From: an uncultured Nitrososphaeraceae archaeon
GTDB taxonomy: Archaea > Thermoproteota > Nitrososphaeria > Nitrososphaerales > Nitrososphaeraceae
Direction: 5' to 3'
NCBI GenBank assembly: GCA_963825865.1
Contig: CAWGVG010000021.1
Location: forward strand, 96,001 to 160,000
Length of the DNA: 64,000 nucleotides
Below, piece by piece: positions 23,423-34,724 of the stretch; positions within the stretch are counted from its first letter, which is position 1; each line of letters begins with the position of its first letter. The translations under genes and the position numbers were made by a program. The notes under the pieces are model-generated. The model ran no database searches. It had not been told where the DNA came from and saw only the letters and a list, made by a program, of their open reading frames with translations.

Positions 23423-24905
23423 CTATTCAGTTACATATGCTCGTTCTCCGTGCTGAGCCAAGTCGAGTCCAATTTCTTCTTCCTTTGGAGAAACCCTAAT
23501 TCCCTGAGGCCAAACTAAATCCATGACCTTGATAATTACAGCAGTAATACCCATTGCCCACGCCAGCGAAGCAAACGCTCCTATTGCATTGTTCACAAAT
23601 TGTTGTGGGTTTCCAAATGCAAGTCCATCTGCAACAGGAGTAAATCTCTTCTCGGCAAATGTTCCAGTCAACAGTGCTCCTACTAGACCTCCGACACCAT
23701 GTACTCCCCAGGTATCAAGTGCATCGTCCCATTTGCGTCTGCTCTTGAACATTACTGCACCATAGCAAAAGACCGAAGCAGCAATACCGATAATTATCGC
23801 CGACATTGGAGATACAAATCCTGATGCCGGTGTGATTGCTACTAGGCCAGCTACTGCACCAGATGCTGCACCTACTGTAGAAGGCCTTCCTGTGTGAGCC
23901 CATGGAATCAGTGCCCAAGTTACTGCTGCCATTGCTGTAGCAACCTGAGTTGCAACGAATGCACTTGTTGCGTTTAATCGAGCTGCCACCTGCAGAGCCA
24001 GCATTGAAACCAAACCATCCTGTCCATAGTAATGCTCCTCCTAAAACTATAAGTGATATATTGTGTGGTTCCATTGGTATCTTTCCATATCCAAGTCTAC
24101 GTCCAAGCATTAGTGCTATTACTAATCCTGACCAACCTGATGTGATATGGATTACAGTTCCACCTGCAAAGTCAAGTGATGGAAGTGCGCCCGTCCAGCC
24201 AACGTGTGTACCACCAAATCCAAGTGACCAAGTCCAGTGAGCACAGAAGTCATATACAAATGTCGCCCAGAGTACCATAAAGATCACAAATACGCTAAAT
24301 TTCATCCGCTCTGCTAATGCCGCCACAATGAGAGCCGGCGTAATGATAGCGAACATCATTTGGAATGCCATGTATGTCATGTGAGGAATTGTTGGACCAC
24401 CTAATCCACCATATACATCTGATGGTACGTCGTGAAGTACATTATTTAGACCAGCCCAGTCAAGCGTGCCTATAAATCCATTTCCAGTTGCATCTGGCCC
24501 AAATGCCAGACTATACCCCCAAAGTACCCATTGAATTCCTATTATTCCTGTTGTTATGAAAACCATATGAAGTGTGTTTACTGCATTCTTTTGTCTTGAA
24601 AGACCGCTATAGAAAATTGCTAATCCGCCAGGAGTCATCATCAAAACAAGCGCTGCAGATGTCAACATCCACGCATTATCACCCGTATCTATTGGACATG
24701 GTGTAAGGAGACCAGTGGTTTTATTGACGGCGAGATTTCCATCTTTATCTTTTTGAAAACAACTAAACTTTACAGCAGGGTTGTCTTTTGTGTAATTATT
24801 CGGGCCTGCGGCAAAGGCATTACTCAAGAAACTGAAGGAAAGTAGTATGGCCAATATAACAGCTAGACCCCCTATAATCAGATTTCTGCTCTGTAATCCA
24901 AACAT
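23423..24905 (-). CDS. amt: ammonium transporter (one frameshift near 23985)
   Basis: DTGDNAWML, LMMTPG, FQMMFAIITPAL, DFAGGTVIH, GWFGFNAGS, GLVAITPASG and DDALD...VHG; both pore histidines are present. Confidence 0.96.
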
Positions 24906-24974
24906 TATTACAAACTCCTCTGGGAGATATATAAAAAATATTATATGCAACCAAATGAATATTGTGAAATAATA

Positions 24975-25074
24975 AAATAAGTTGATTTTTGCGATATTAT
25001 CTTAAAGTTTAAATTTTATGATAATTAATTTGAAACACTAGTATACAAATAACTTGATTTTTGCGACATTATCT
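24975..25074. promoter_or_regulatory. pair of 28-bp direct repeats in the divergent amt/rpoD intergenic region
   Basis: AAATAAGTTGATTTTTGCGATATTATCT (24975-25002) and AAATAACTTGATTTTTGCGACATTATCT (25047-25074); 2 mismatches. Confidence 0.6.
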
Positions 25075-25140
25075 GACAGTTTTTTACAAGTTTTCGATAG
25101 ATTTTTAAGGACGCATTAGGAAAAATCTTTGAATTAAAGT

Positions 25141-25797
25141 TTGGCTTCTTTATCCATAGATATTCTTGAAAAAGAAGATGAGAGGGTTATTGTTAAATTT
25201 AATAATGCTCCAAGACAATATGTAAACGCCCTTAGAAGACTATCGATAAGCGAGGTTCCAACTTTAGCAATAGATGATGTTATAATCCTAGAAAACTCCT
25301 CTGTTATGCATGATGAAGCAATTGCTCATAGACTAGGCCTCATCCCACTAAGAACAGATCTTGATAGATTTGTGATGCCACATGATTGCGACTGTAAAAG
25401 TACTTTGGGATGTTCAAAATGCAGGGTATTGTTGGTATTAGATTCTGAAGCAAATGAAAAAACTAAAGTTGTAACTTCAGGTGAGCTTTTGTCTGAAGAT
25501 GAGCTTGTAAAGCCAGTTAGTAGGGATATTCCAATTATTATTCTCGCTCCAAGTCAGAAGCTAAAATTTGAAGCATATGCAAGATTAGGAGTTGGAAAGG
25601 ATCATGCAAAATGGCAACCAACTTCAGCAGCCATTGTTAAAGACGGAAAGGATGAAAATGAATCTATTCTTATTATTGAAACAAACGGCGCATTAACCGC
25701 AGAAGAAGTAATAATGGCAGCTATTGAGAAACTAAATTCAAAAATAAAGAATTTTAATCAGGTCATTCAATCGCTTGAAATACCGACTAATGCTTAG
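25141..25797 (+). CDS. rpoD: RNA polymerase subunit D (Rpo3)
   Basis: YVNALRR, EVPTLAID, NSSVMHDEAIAHRLGLIP, Cys cluster, GKDHAKWQP. Confidence 0.95.
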   Translation: MASLSIDILEKEDERVIVKFNNAPRQYVNALRRLSISEVPTLAIDDVIILENSSVMHDEAIAHRLGLIPLRTDLDRFVMPHDCDCKSTLGCSKCRVLLVLDSEANEKTKVVTSGELLSEDELVKPVSRDIPIIILAPSQKLKFEAYARLGVGKDHAKWQPTSAAIVKDGKDENESILIIETNGALTAEEVIMAAIEKLNSKIKNFNQVIQSLEIPTNA

Positions 25798-25844
25798 GTA
25801 GATTTATTTGGGATTTAAGTTAATGGACTGGATAGATTAATAGT

Positions 25845-26195
25845 ATGTTTACTGATGCTCTTGTGGATAACACAATCTGGACTCTTCGTAAAGCTTTCAA
25901 AAAGAATAAGGCTCCAATTTGGAGGGTGCTAGAAGACGAGCTTTCAGGTCCAAGATCAAATAGAAGGGAAGTTAATGTAAATAGATTGACAAATGTTACT
26001 GAAAATAATGAAGTCGTTATTGTTCCTGGTAAGATTTTAGGTGCAGGATCAATTGGACACAAACTGACAGTTTGTGCCTTTTCAATTTCTGCAATGGCTG
26101 CAAAGAAAATCATAGAATCGGGAGGGAAGTTTATTACGCTTGCTGATTTGATAGAGAAATATCCAGATGGTAAGGGAGTGCGTATAATTGGTTAA
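25845..26195 (+). CDS. rpl18e: 50S ribosomal protein L18e
   Basis: APIW, RREVNV, VPGKILGAG; operon context. Confidence 0.93.
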   Translation: MFTDALVDNTIWTLRKAFKKNKAPIWRVLEDELSGPRSNRREVNVNRLTNVTENNEVVIVPGKILGAGSIGHKLTVCAFSISAMAAKKIIESGGKFITLADLIEKYPDGKGVRIIG

Positions 26196-26643
26196 TCAGG
26201 AATTGAAATCACAGAAACAAATAGTAGTTGATGCAGCAAACTGCATCGTTGGCAGAATGTGTTCGCATGTTTCAAAACTATTACTTCAGGGAAATAGAGT
26301 TGCTATTGTAAATGCTGAGAAAGCTATGCTATCTGGAAATAGATACAAGACAATTTCTCTTTACAAAGAGCATCTTGAAATCAACTCTGTCACAAATCCT
26401 ATTCATGGTCCATTTCATCCAAGGAGACCAGATACGATATTGACAAAGATGGTACGAGGAATGATACCAAAAAGCAAAGCGAGCGGCATCGAAGCTTTTA
26501 AACGATTAAGGGTATACATAGGTATTCCTGAAGAGCTAAAGAATATCGAGTCTGAATCTTTTAATGATTCGATGATTACAAAACCTGCCTCGTACTATAT
26601 TACAGTTGGCGATGTAGCAAAACAAATTGGATGGAAGGGATAG
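26188..26643 (+). CDS. rpl13: 50S ribosomal protein L13
   Basis: VDA...GR, VNAEKA, GPFHPRRPD, VRGMIP. Confidence 0.95.
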   Translation: MVNQELKSQKQIVVDAANCIVGRMCSHVSKLLLQGNRVAIVNAEKAMLSGNRYKTISLYKEHLEINSVTNPIHGPFHPRRPDTILTKMVRGMIPKSKASGIEAFKRLRVYIGIPEELKNIESESFNDSMITKPASYYITVGDVAKQIGWKG

Positions 26644-26647
26644 AACC

Positions 26648-27091
26648 GTGAATAAAATAGATCTTTATCCGGGTCAAAGAAAATCATGCCGAGCCGTGGC
26701 TACAATTTCTAAAGGAAATGGTAAGGTAAGAATCAATAACATTCCAGTAGAAATTTTAGAACCAGAAGTAGTTAAGGAATTGGTATTAACACCGCTCGCT
26801 CTTATAGGGGAATTAAGAAATAAGGTTGATATCAATGTACGGGTGCAAGGTGGAGGATTTATGGGACAAGCCTTTGCTAGTGCAGTTGCAATTTCTAGAT
26901 CTCTAATAGGTGAAGGAAAAGGAGGAAGAGATCCAAAGGATCATCCATTAGCAAAGAATATACGTGAAGAAATTCGTAAAAAAATTACTGAATTTGATAG
27001 GCACCTTCTAGCAGGCGATCCTAGACAGACCGAATCAAAGAAATTCGGTGGATCTGGTGCAAGACGTAGAAAACAGAAATCATATCGCTAG
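26648..27091 (+). CDS. rps9: 30S ribosomal protein S9
   Basis: GGGFMGQA, GDPRQTESKKFGG, RRRKQKSYR. Confidence 0.96.
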   Translation: MNKIDLYPGQRKSCRAVATISKGNGKVRINNIPVEILEPEVVKELVLTPLALIGELRNKVDINVRVQGGGFMGQAFASAVAISRSLIGEGKGGRDPKDHPLAKNIREEIRKKITEFDRHLLAGDPRQTESKKFGGSGARRRKQKSYR

Positions 27092-27248
27092 GCTCCATTT
27101 TTTTCTATTTTGTAGTTAGTGATTCGGTTTTATAAATAACAGTTTAAGTGTTGTTGTTATTATCAGCATCATGGTTAAAAGTTTGAGGTAATAATGATTA
27201 TATTCAGCAATCATCTGCAGTTAGAACTCTTCGGTTCATTGGATTTAT

Positions 27249-27422
27249 TTATTTTTTTGTAATACCTCGGCGATCCATAGAAATGTAATACTCAGTCAAT
27301 TTTATTCCATAACATTCTCCACATAATTCGCCGAAAATATTCCATTGAGGCATTGGTTTGTATCTGAAACTAATTATGTCCTTTCCACAAATGACACATT
27401 TTAAATTGTTGATCTTGCCCAT
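27249..27422 (-). CDS. 57-aa zinc-finger microprotein (not in the ORF track)
   Basis: Intact ORF MGKINNLKCVICGKDIISFRYKPMPQWNIFGELCGECYGIKLTEYYISMDRRGITKK with two CxxC motifs. Confidence 0.7.
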   Translation of the reverse strand: MGKINNLKCVICGKDIISFRYKPMPQWNIFGELCGECYGIKLTEYYISMDRRGITKK

Positions 27423-28104
27423 TTGCTTCTACGAGGAGTTGTCTAAAATAACACTTGTGGTGATAATGTAAAATGTTTTATATATATCATTGAAAAGGAG
27501 TAGATTAATTTAGACTATTATTTGGTATATTCATTACATATATTTGGACGGAGGGTATCCTTAGTATTTTTTGTCAATTTCTACGCGTGATTATTTTCGT
27601 ATATATGATATCCTTCTTTATAGGGCTTTGATATTTTGGTGAAAAACATTCAAATAATTCTAAGACTCGTTGTATAAGTAATCGGAATCATTCCTCATTG
27701 GTGTTATATATATATATATACTAAAAATACGGCTAATTACCTAAACTAATAAAAAAAGAAAGGTGGCTCATTGCATTTCCTCTCGTGTAAACTGACTCTT
27801 TTTAGTCGTACTATAAGTAAGAAGGAATCATGACAGATTACTCCATTAATTAATTTTCTTTTCATGAGCAGTTGCTACTTTCTGAATGTTACATAAGGCA
27901 TTGAAGCTGTAGTAGTATCCACAACCACTGTGCTCACAATAATATGCGTAGGAGTTTAACATTTCCTCTTACACAAATAATTACATTAACACCTTGGCCC
28001 AATCATCTTCTCAAATACGCCGATCTCGTGCGATGAAAGCATATTATATATATATATATATATATATAATATAGTGTAGCCTTGTCATCTTTTTTAAGTT
28101 AACC

Positions 28105-28728
28105 TTATTTTTTATTATTGCTTTTATTGCCTGTTTTGTGGATCAATCTGAAGGTTTCTTTGCCGTAATCGTACGCTAGCTTGCGATCTTCATATGACCC
28201 ACATTCAATACATTTTACACTGCTATTTAACCGAACGGTGTCGCCACCACAATTAAAACATAAAGTATAGAGAACTCCAAATTCCTTTTCATCGATTGTA
28301 ATATGTATAGTTGAATTTAATAGACTGATTACTCGTCCCCTGATGATATCGCCAACTCTAAATATGATTCGGCCTCTTCTATCTCCTCTGTCTCGCCCTC
28401 CTCCACTTCCTCCTAATCTCATAGATGCAATTGCAGAAAATCCTGCAACTGATTTCTGGTCATTTACATAAAGTATTCTTAGCGAAAACATACTACCAAA
28501 TAACATTTCTATGTAGCCAACTACTGTGTCACCAATTTTTGGCAACATAGGAGAATTTTTTTGGTCAATCTTCACTATGCGTCTTTTGAAATCATAAATT
28601 TTAGTACCTACTGCAGTTGACCTGATTGCTCCATCGGTAATATATGTATTTTTTCCACCTTCAAATTCCTCGATGGATGCCACCTGTTCTCCAGGCAGTA
28701 TTGCAGTTGTTTGTTTTTCTCTTTTCAT
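28105..28728 (-). CDS. csl4: exosome subunit Csl4 (start probably at MKREK)
   Basis: LPGEQVASIEEF, PKIGDTVVG, FRVGDIIRGRVIS, and C-terminal Zn ribbon CFNCG...CIECG...RKLA. Confidence 0.92.
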   Translation of the reverse strand: MKREKQTTAILPGEQVASIEEFEGGKNTYITDGAIRSTAVGTKIYDFKRRIVKIDQKNSPMLPKIGDTVVGYIEMLFGSMFSLRILYVNDQKSVAGFSAIASMRLGGSGGGRDRGDRRGRIIFRVGDIIRGRVISLLNSTIHITIDEKEFGVLYTLCFNCGGDTVRLNSSVKCIECGSYEDRKLAYDYGKETFRLIHKTGNKSNNKK

Positions 28729-28938
28729 ATACACATGATGAAGTTCCTTTAAAGTTATAATTGTTACATTTACCCCATTTGTTTGATCGCTTATTGAGTT
28801 AGTATATGTGCCATCATTAGTACCAATCGTCTTAGTAACAATCCTAGTGTTCATAGTCACTTTTGGGATAGAATCACTTACTCCTTCTCCATTCTGATAT
28901 GCAATTAGTGATACTCATGCTTAAAAATAAGAAAATTA

Positions 28939-30189
28939 TTAGTTTGGCACAATACTAAATTTATTGTATTTTGTACTCACTATGATGGTTCCTATGATTG
29001 CTACTGCAAATACCATTACTGCAATAGCTGCACCAAATTCTGGCACTACATGAGTACCGACAATTTCGATTTTCTCAGTACCTTTATCAAAATCAATCAC
29101 CAATGTTCTTACTTGGCTATTATTTGTTGTTTCCTCAGCAACTATACTTTGACGATCTTCAAAGACTGCATAAGTATCATCAGCGTTCGTTCCTTGTTTT
29201 GTGGAGTCTATTGAGTTTCTTGGAAGCTCAATTGTCAATCTTCCATTTGATTGCGAAGAGATGTTAGCCATAAGTGTTGCACCGTCATTCTCTGCAGCAA
29301 TGTTATTAATTTTATTACCACTACCAGTGATTTGATACTTGACTGGATAGGTTTTACTGTTAATATTTGGGATATATGTAATATTATTAGTGGAAGTTGT
29401 TATTGTTTTATTATTCTTAGTTGTTGTTATATTTGTGGTTGTTATTAATTTGTTATTAGTTTGAGTTAATATGTTGTCTCTTGTTGCATTTGTTATTTTA
29501 ACACCCGCAGTTTTTATAGCTGTGCTATTTGGAACAAGCGTAGCTTTAAATGATGTACTTTGATATGAATCAGATTTTGGTGATGAGTTGTCTTTTAATT
29601 GCTCATTTTTATGGAATTTTGGGGGTATTGCTACATCCTCATCATCCTCATCAAACCCCCCAAGTGGCATGGGAAACAAAAAAGGAGTAGTAGCCGCATT
29701 ATTACTTGTTATTGTTGATGGATGCTGTTGCTTTTGTTGTTTTTCCTTTCCAGTTAGCACTCCAATAATATTTACACTATACGATTTTATTAAATTAGTA
29801 TGATTAACATAGCAAGTTAATTTGGCAGTCAGTTTATTTACTCCATTTGTAATAATATGATGGTTCCCAGCATAAATAAAAGTCCATCTTGAATAGTCAT
29901 TTGCTCCACCAGGTCCAATTGCTAAAACTTTTTTGAATGATTTTAGAACATTCGAATTAATGTAAATTTGGCAGTCAGTATCGGCATTATCTGTAGATGT
30001 TCCAAAGATTATCAGTCTATCAACTGGAACTAGTTGACCTGCAGTAGGTGATGTAATTTTTACACTCATTTCATTTGGTATTTGCTGTGCATATATAGAT
30101 GAATTAGATAAGGAAGCAGAAAGAAGAAATATTTCAAAAAAGAGAATTAGCACCAGCGTTTCTGACTTATGTGGAATAAATTTTTTCAT
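28939..30189 (-). CDS. surface protein with a PEFG-CTERM sorting signal
   Basis: Signal peptide, the same N-terminal domain as 12819-13705, a Thr/Asn linker, and VVPEFG + TM helix + basic tail. Confidence 0.85.
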   Translation of the reverse strand: MKKFIPHKSETLVLILFFEIFLLSASLSNSSIYAQQIPNEMSVKITSPTAGQLVPVDRLIIFGTSTDNADTDCQIYINSNVLKSFKKVLAIGPGGANDYSRWTFIYAGNHHIITNGVNKLTAKLTCYVNHTNLIKSYSVNIIGVLTGKEKQQKQQHPSTITSNNAATTPFLFPMPLGGFDEDDEDVAIPPKFHKNEQLKDNSSPKSDSYQSTSFKATLVPNSTAIKTAGVKITNATRDNILTQTNNKLITTTNITTTKNNKTITTSTNNITYIPNINSKTYPVKYQITGSGNKINNIAAENDGATLMANISSQSNGRLTIELPRNSIDSTKQGTNADDTYAVFEDRQSIVAEETTNNSQVRTLVIDFDKGTEKIEIVGTHVVPEFGAAIAVMVFAVAIIGTIIVSTKYNKFSIVPN

Positions 30190-30361
30190 AATAGCGTTAT
30201 GACAATTGGTTCAAATAATAAATTGCAAGAGAAAAAACATTGATTGTTTACTTGTAAAATATCAATTTTTAATTTTATAATAACACTTATCGTAGATCTC
30301 TCCAGAATAAGACAGTTGCAGATATGTACTTGTACGATTAGAAATAGATCATATTCATTAT

Positions 30362-30690
30362 GTGAATAGCAGTCGTGCATTATTCAAAGCTCGAGCATAT
30401 AAACGAGCAGCAGATGTTATTGCAAATTTGCCATTATATATAGAAGATATATATGAAAAGGATGGAATAAAAGGTCAAATTGATGCGCATTATGACCGCC
30501 TTGATTTAAAAGATGATTATGTAAGGCAGTACAAAAGGATGTCAAACTTGTAATTGATTCAGATACACATCATCCTGTTCATTTTGCATTTTTGATATTT
30601 GGCATAGCGCAAGCAAGACGGGGCTGGGCAGAAAAGTCAGACATTCTTAATACACTGCCTGTTGATATGCTACTAAAGAGTCTCAAATAA
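30362..30690 (+). pseudogene. polX: internally deleted PolX-PHP DNA polymerase gene
   Basis: N-terminal FKARAYKRAADVIANL is joined directly to PHP C-terminal IDAHYDRLDL...IDSDTHHP...GIAQARRGWAEKSDILNT. Confidence 0.8.
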
Positions 30691-30807
30691 AAAGTAATGA
30701 AATATGTAAAATTTTTATATCCTAGTCATATGTAGTAACCCTCTGTATGATATATATGCGTACCTCTAGTTTAGAGAGAGATGAAATAAGGACAAGGAAG
30801 CTCTTTC

Positions 30808-31311
30808 TTGGTATTTTTTACTTTTGTGCTGCATCTATGGCGAGCTATCACTTTTTATGCTCTCTACGTTAGTATAGGGGAATATCTTACGACGGGAAAA
30901 GTAGTTATTGGCGAAGTACTAGTCAATACAGACTTTCCTGTTCATGGACTTGCAAAGCTTGTGTCATATCTGATGATCGTCACTGTAGTAGGGTGGTATT
31001 GTGTAACTAAACTGGGTGGAGAAAAGGTAAAAGATATTCCTAAATCAGTTAAGTCAATATTGCAATTAATTGTCCTAACCATAGCAGTAATAGCACTGTA
31101 CGAATTTATTTACAACTCTATTATATGGAATTCCCTTATTACAGCTGATGCAATGAAAGGCATAATGAGACTGGACGACATAAACATACCATATCCTAAT
31201 CCTCATACGCCTTGGAACCTTGTATTTGCTACAAAGATGTCTCTAGCAGCATTTCTCATCTCTGCACACGGGTTGTACACTATATCAAAACCTACTAAGA
31301 GAGAAGAGTGA
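30808..31311 (+). CDS. hypothetical membrane protein
   Basis: Several hydrophobic segments; motif PYPNP.TPWNLVFATKM. Confidence 0.65.
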   Translation: MVFFTFVLHLWRAITFYALYVSIGEYLTTGKVVIGEVLVNTDFPVHGLAKLVSYLMIVTVVGWYCVTKLGGEKVKDIPKSVKSILQLIVLTIAVIALYEFIYNSIIWNSLITADAMKGIMRLDDINIPYPNPHTPWNLVFATKMSLAAFLISAHGLYTISKPTKREE

Positions 31312-31983
31312 TATTGTGTCAACAATGAGGAATATTATCTTTATATTTATAGACGATAAAAATATGTACATGTCACTGAAACCATTGTAAACAAAATAGT
31401 AATCCTTTGTGTTGATTCAACCAAGACTAGGTTATCTAAAACTCAAACACTCTAAGTTCGCGGAGATTGTTAACATTGTCCAGCAACTTGGCTGCTGAGA
31501 TTATATATCGTTTTTGGTAAAATAGCTTTTTATTGTATGTCTCCTATTTATTAGTAAAAAAATCTAAAAATTTATCTGTCTATTGATGATGATGAATATA
31601 TGCGAAGGGAATTCATAATCGATTCCCAAAGTCAAGTCCTTGAAGATTGGGTAAATGTATGAACAAATATCAAAAATGATCTTGTCACGATCAAAGCATC
31701 CGATCCTTTATCTGTCTGTCAATTGTGTAAGATAACACAAGGAGAAAATCAAAAAGGTCTATTGAATTGATGAAAAAAGGAATTATCTGGGACAAACAAA
31801 AGGGGCATGGTATAGAAAGCTAACTGTGTGTGGAATTTTATATATTAAACAATGGCCTATCAATGAACTTGCATTTTTACTACCACAGCTGTTTTGTTGA
31901 TTTTTTTTATGTGCTAGCACATTCTCTAAGCGTATATGCAGTAACCTTAAATTTCGATTTAAAACATATGGTATAGTTGAATA

Positions 31984-33378
31984 ATGATTAATTCTGTTGT
32001 GGATTCTGAGATGGGTAACCTTATTTCTGACCTTCAAACTTTGATTAGGCAATCCAGCGTTTCTGCAAAAAAGCAAGGCCTTGTTGAATGTGCCAACCTT
32101 ATTGCAGACATTATGCATAAGGCAGGAATTAGCTCTGAAGTATTGTATCTTGACGATCATAGAGGAAATGACGATATAAAAGATGTTCCTCCGCCAATAG
32201 TTTACGGCGAAGTTAAATCTAAAGCAAATTCAAATGGAAAGACCATTTTATTTTACAACCATTATGACATACAGCCTGAAGATCCAGTAGAGTTGTGGAA
32301 AGATGATCCATTTGGTGGTAAGGTTGAAGGTAATTATATTTTTGGACGCGGATCTGCAGATGATAAAGGCGAGTTAATAACTCGTATTAAAGCAGTGGAA
32401 TGTTTTCTAAAAAAGGCTGGGGATGTACCCTGTAATGTGAAATTTATTATTGAAGGAGAAGAGGAAATTGGAAGTGTGCACGTTGAACGATACCTTACCA
32501 AGTATAGGCAAAAACTTTCATGTGATGGAGTAATTTGGGAATTTGGTTATGTTGATGAAAAAGATAGACCAATTATCAGTCTTGGAATGAAAGGGCTGCT
32601 TTATGTTGAATTGATAGCGAAGGGACTCGCCAGAGATGCCCATTCCAGCCTAGCGGTTTTAATTGAAAATCCAGCATGGCTACTTGTTAAAGCACTAAAT
32701 ACTATGAGAGATGAAAATGGAAAAATTCTGATAAAGGATTGGTATAAAGAAGTAAGAGAATTTACTCCAGAAGAACTTGCTGTTCTTGCTAGTGAACCAT
32801 TTGATGACCAAGAATTCAAAAAAGAGTACGGTATAGATAAGTTTGTTAATAATATAAAGGATATCGAAGAGGTCAAGAGAGCAATGGCAGGAGGGCCAAC
32901 ATGCAATATTGCAGGTTTAGTATCAGGATATAATGGCAAAGGTGCAAAAACTGTTCTTCCATCTATTGCTCATGCCAAAATGGATTTTAGACTTGTCCCA
33001 AATATGGTTCCTGAAAAACAGTTTGAACGCCTTAAAAACCATTTAAAGGAAAATGGATTTGGTGATGACATAGAAGTAAAGTTCATCCATGGAGAAGCAG
33101 CTGCCAGAACATCAGTCAGTGATCCCTTTGTAAAAGGGGTTGAAGAATCTGCAAAGGAAATTTTTGGTACAGCAGTTATCAGCGTTTCATCAGCTGGCAC
33201 AGGACCAATGTATTCGTTTGTCAAAATTCTTGATGCACCATGTATTTCTATAGGTAGTACTTACGTGTATGCGAAGATTCATTCGCCAAATGAATTTGCA
33301 AGAATTGATCTGTTAAACAAAACGACTAAATGTATAGGCAATATTATAGAGAAATTTGCCAGTTCAACCATCACATGA
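31984..33378 (+). CDS. M20-family metallopeptidase/deacylase
   Basis: YNHYDIQP, GRGSADDKG, EGEEEIGS, IHSPNE. Confidence 0.93.
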   Translation: MINSVVDSEMGNLISDLQTLIRQSSVSAKKQGLVECANLIADIMHKAGISSEVLYLDDHRGNDDIKDVPPPIVYGEVKSKANSNGKTILFYNHYDIQPEDPVELWKDDPFGGKVEGNYIFGRGSADDKGELITRIKAVECFLKKAGDVPCNVKFIIEGEEEIGSVHVERYLTKYRQKLSCDGVIWEFGYVDEKDRPIISLGMKGLLYVELIAKGLARDAHSSLAVLIENPAWLLVKALNTMRDENGKILIKDWYKEVREFTPEELAVLASEPFDDQEFKKEYGIDKFVNNIKDIEEVKRAMAGGPTCNIAGLVSGYNGKGAKTVLPSIAHAKMDFRLVPNMVPEKQFERLKNHLKENGFGDDIEVKFIHGEAAARTSVSDPFVKGVEESAKEIFGTAVISVSSAGTGPMYSFVKILDAPCISIGSTYVYAKIHSPNEFARIDLLNKTTKCIGNIIEKFASSTIT

Positions 33379-33677
33379 GAAGAATATGAAATAAGGGTAA
33401 TGTCATGGAAAGGTTTAGGCTATATTATGGAAAGTTTAAGGAATATTTTCTATTATCACTACACGAAGGTGTACGTATATTCCATGAATCACTCTACTTC
33501 ATTCACAGTCTTTTTAACCAATTGCAATAGAACCTATATTATAGTACTGCTATTCTTGTGTAATAATTTGATGATTTTGTAATATACTGCTATTCTATAT
33601 TCATATATGCGTCTCTATTTTTCTCTCCAATATTACAAGATTGTATGTAACTGTCCCATAACTGAACTTATTGAATA

Positions 33678-34724
33678 GATCTATTGCGTAATTACGAAAG
33701 AAAATCTCTTCATGATGGTCAGTTTTGCTCTTTTTTTAGAGTGACATCCCACCATTAGTTCGTATTATTCTGAAATTTACCAATCCTGAAACAATGTCAG
33801 AAGCATGATCATATCTTCCAAGCCTGTTTCTAAATTTAGTACCCATTATTCCGAACTTTTTAATTCTGCTTACCGTGTGCTCGACTATTATCCTTAGTTT
33901 GGAATACTTTCTATTGTATCTCTTTTCTCCATCTGAGAGTTCACTTTTCCTTTTTTTTCTAAATGGCAGTACATACTTTACAGTGGGAAAGTCATTCTTA
34001 ACTCCCAAGTAGCCAAGGTCAAGGACATTTTCAACTTGCAGCGGAGTTATAGGATGTTTATTTTTGAAAATCTCATAATCATGTATTCTTCCCCGATCAT
34101 GACCTGTTTTGTGTAGTATGTACCCTCACTGTTTACCATATATTGTGTCTTGATAGTATGCTTCCTCTTTTTGCCAGAGTAGTAGCTCTTCCTTCTCCTT
34201 TTGTTCTTTGGCCTTGGTATCTCCTGTTCGGAAGAATCTATGAAAGCCTTGAAGCCTGGAAAGTACTCCTCAACTTCATCTATGGTTCTAAGCCTTCTTG
34301 TACGTTTATACAACTTCTTTGGCAGCGGGATACACTGCTTGATAAGTGGTTCTATAATGGATATATCTCTGCAGATATTACTCTGGTCAAGATCAAATAG
34401 AAATCCTGATAATGTAAAGGTAATGTACAGTCTGTAATAGACTAGTAGAAGCATCAAGAATCTTTCTTTGGCTTTCAGCTTGAATGGTCTACCAGCACCA
34501 ATATCTCTTTTTCTTTTCCTATTGGAAAGACGCTTTCTTTCATGCTCATCATATTTCGATTCTATTTCTTTAGCAATGACATCAAATTCTGATACAGCCA
34601 GTCCAGTAAACGATTTAAATAACAACGGCCTTCTTGATAGGCGAGCGTAAGACATCAACTGAGTATGTAATATGAACGGATCAATGGAGAATAAAGCTCT
34701 AAGCTTTCAATTACGCAAGAGGTC
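33678..34724 (-). mobile_element. IS5-family (ISL2-like) element with a frameshifted transposase
   Basis: TIR GATCTATTGCGTAATT / AATTACGCAAGAGGTC flanked by TA; motifs FKSFTGL, AGRPFKL, FIDSSEQEIPRP, YYSGKK, RIIVEHT. Confidence 0.88.

Noticed and set aside
28046-28068. (TA)n tract, also at 27705-27720, (GTTA)5 at 37511-37530 and TA/CA runs at 47778-47830
   Set aside because: Simple repeats in AT-rich intergenic DNA with no evidence of function.
28729-28860. N-terminal extension of Csl4 in the ORF track
   Set aside because: Csl4 homology starts near MKREK; the extension is probably an unrelated remnant in frame.
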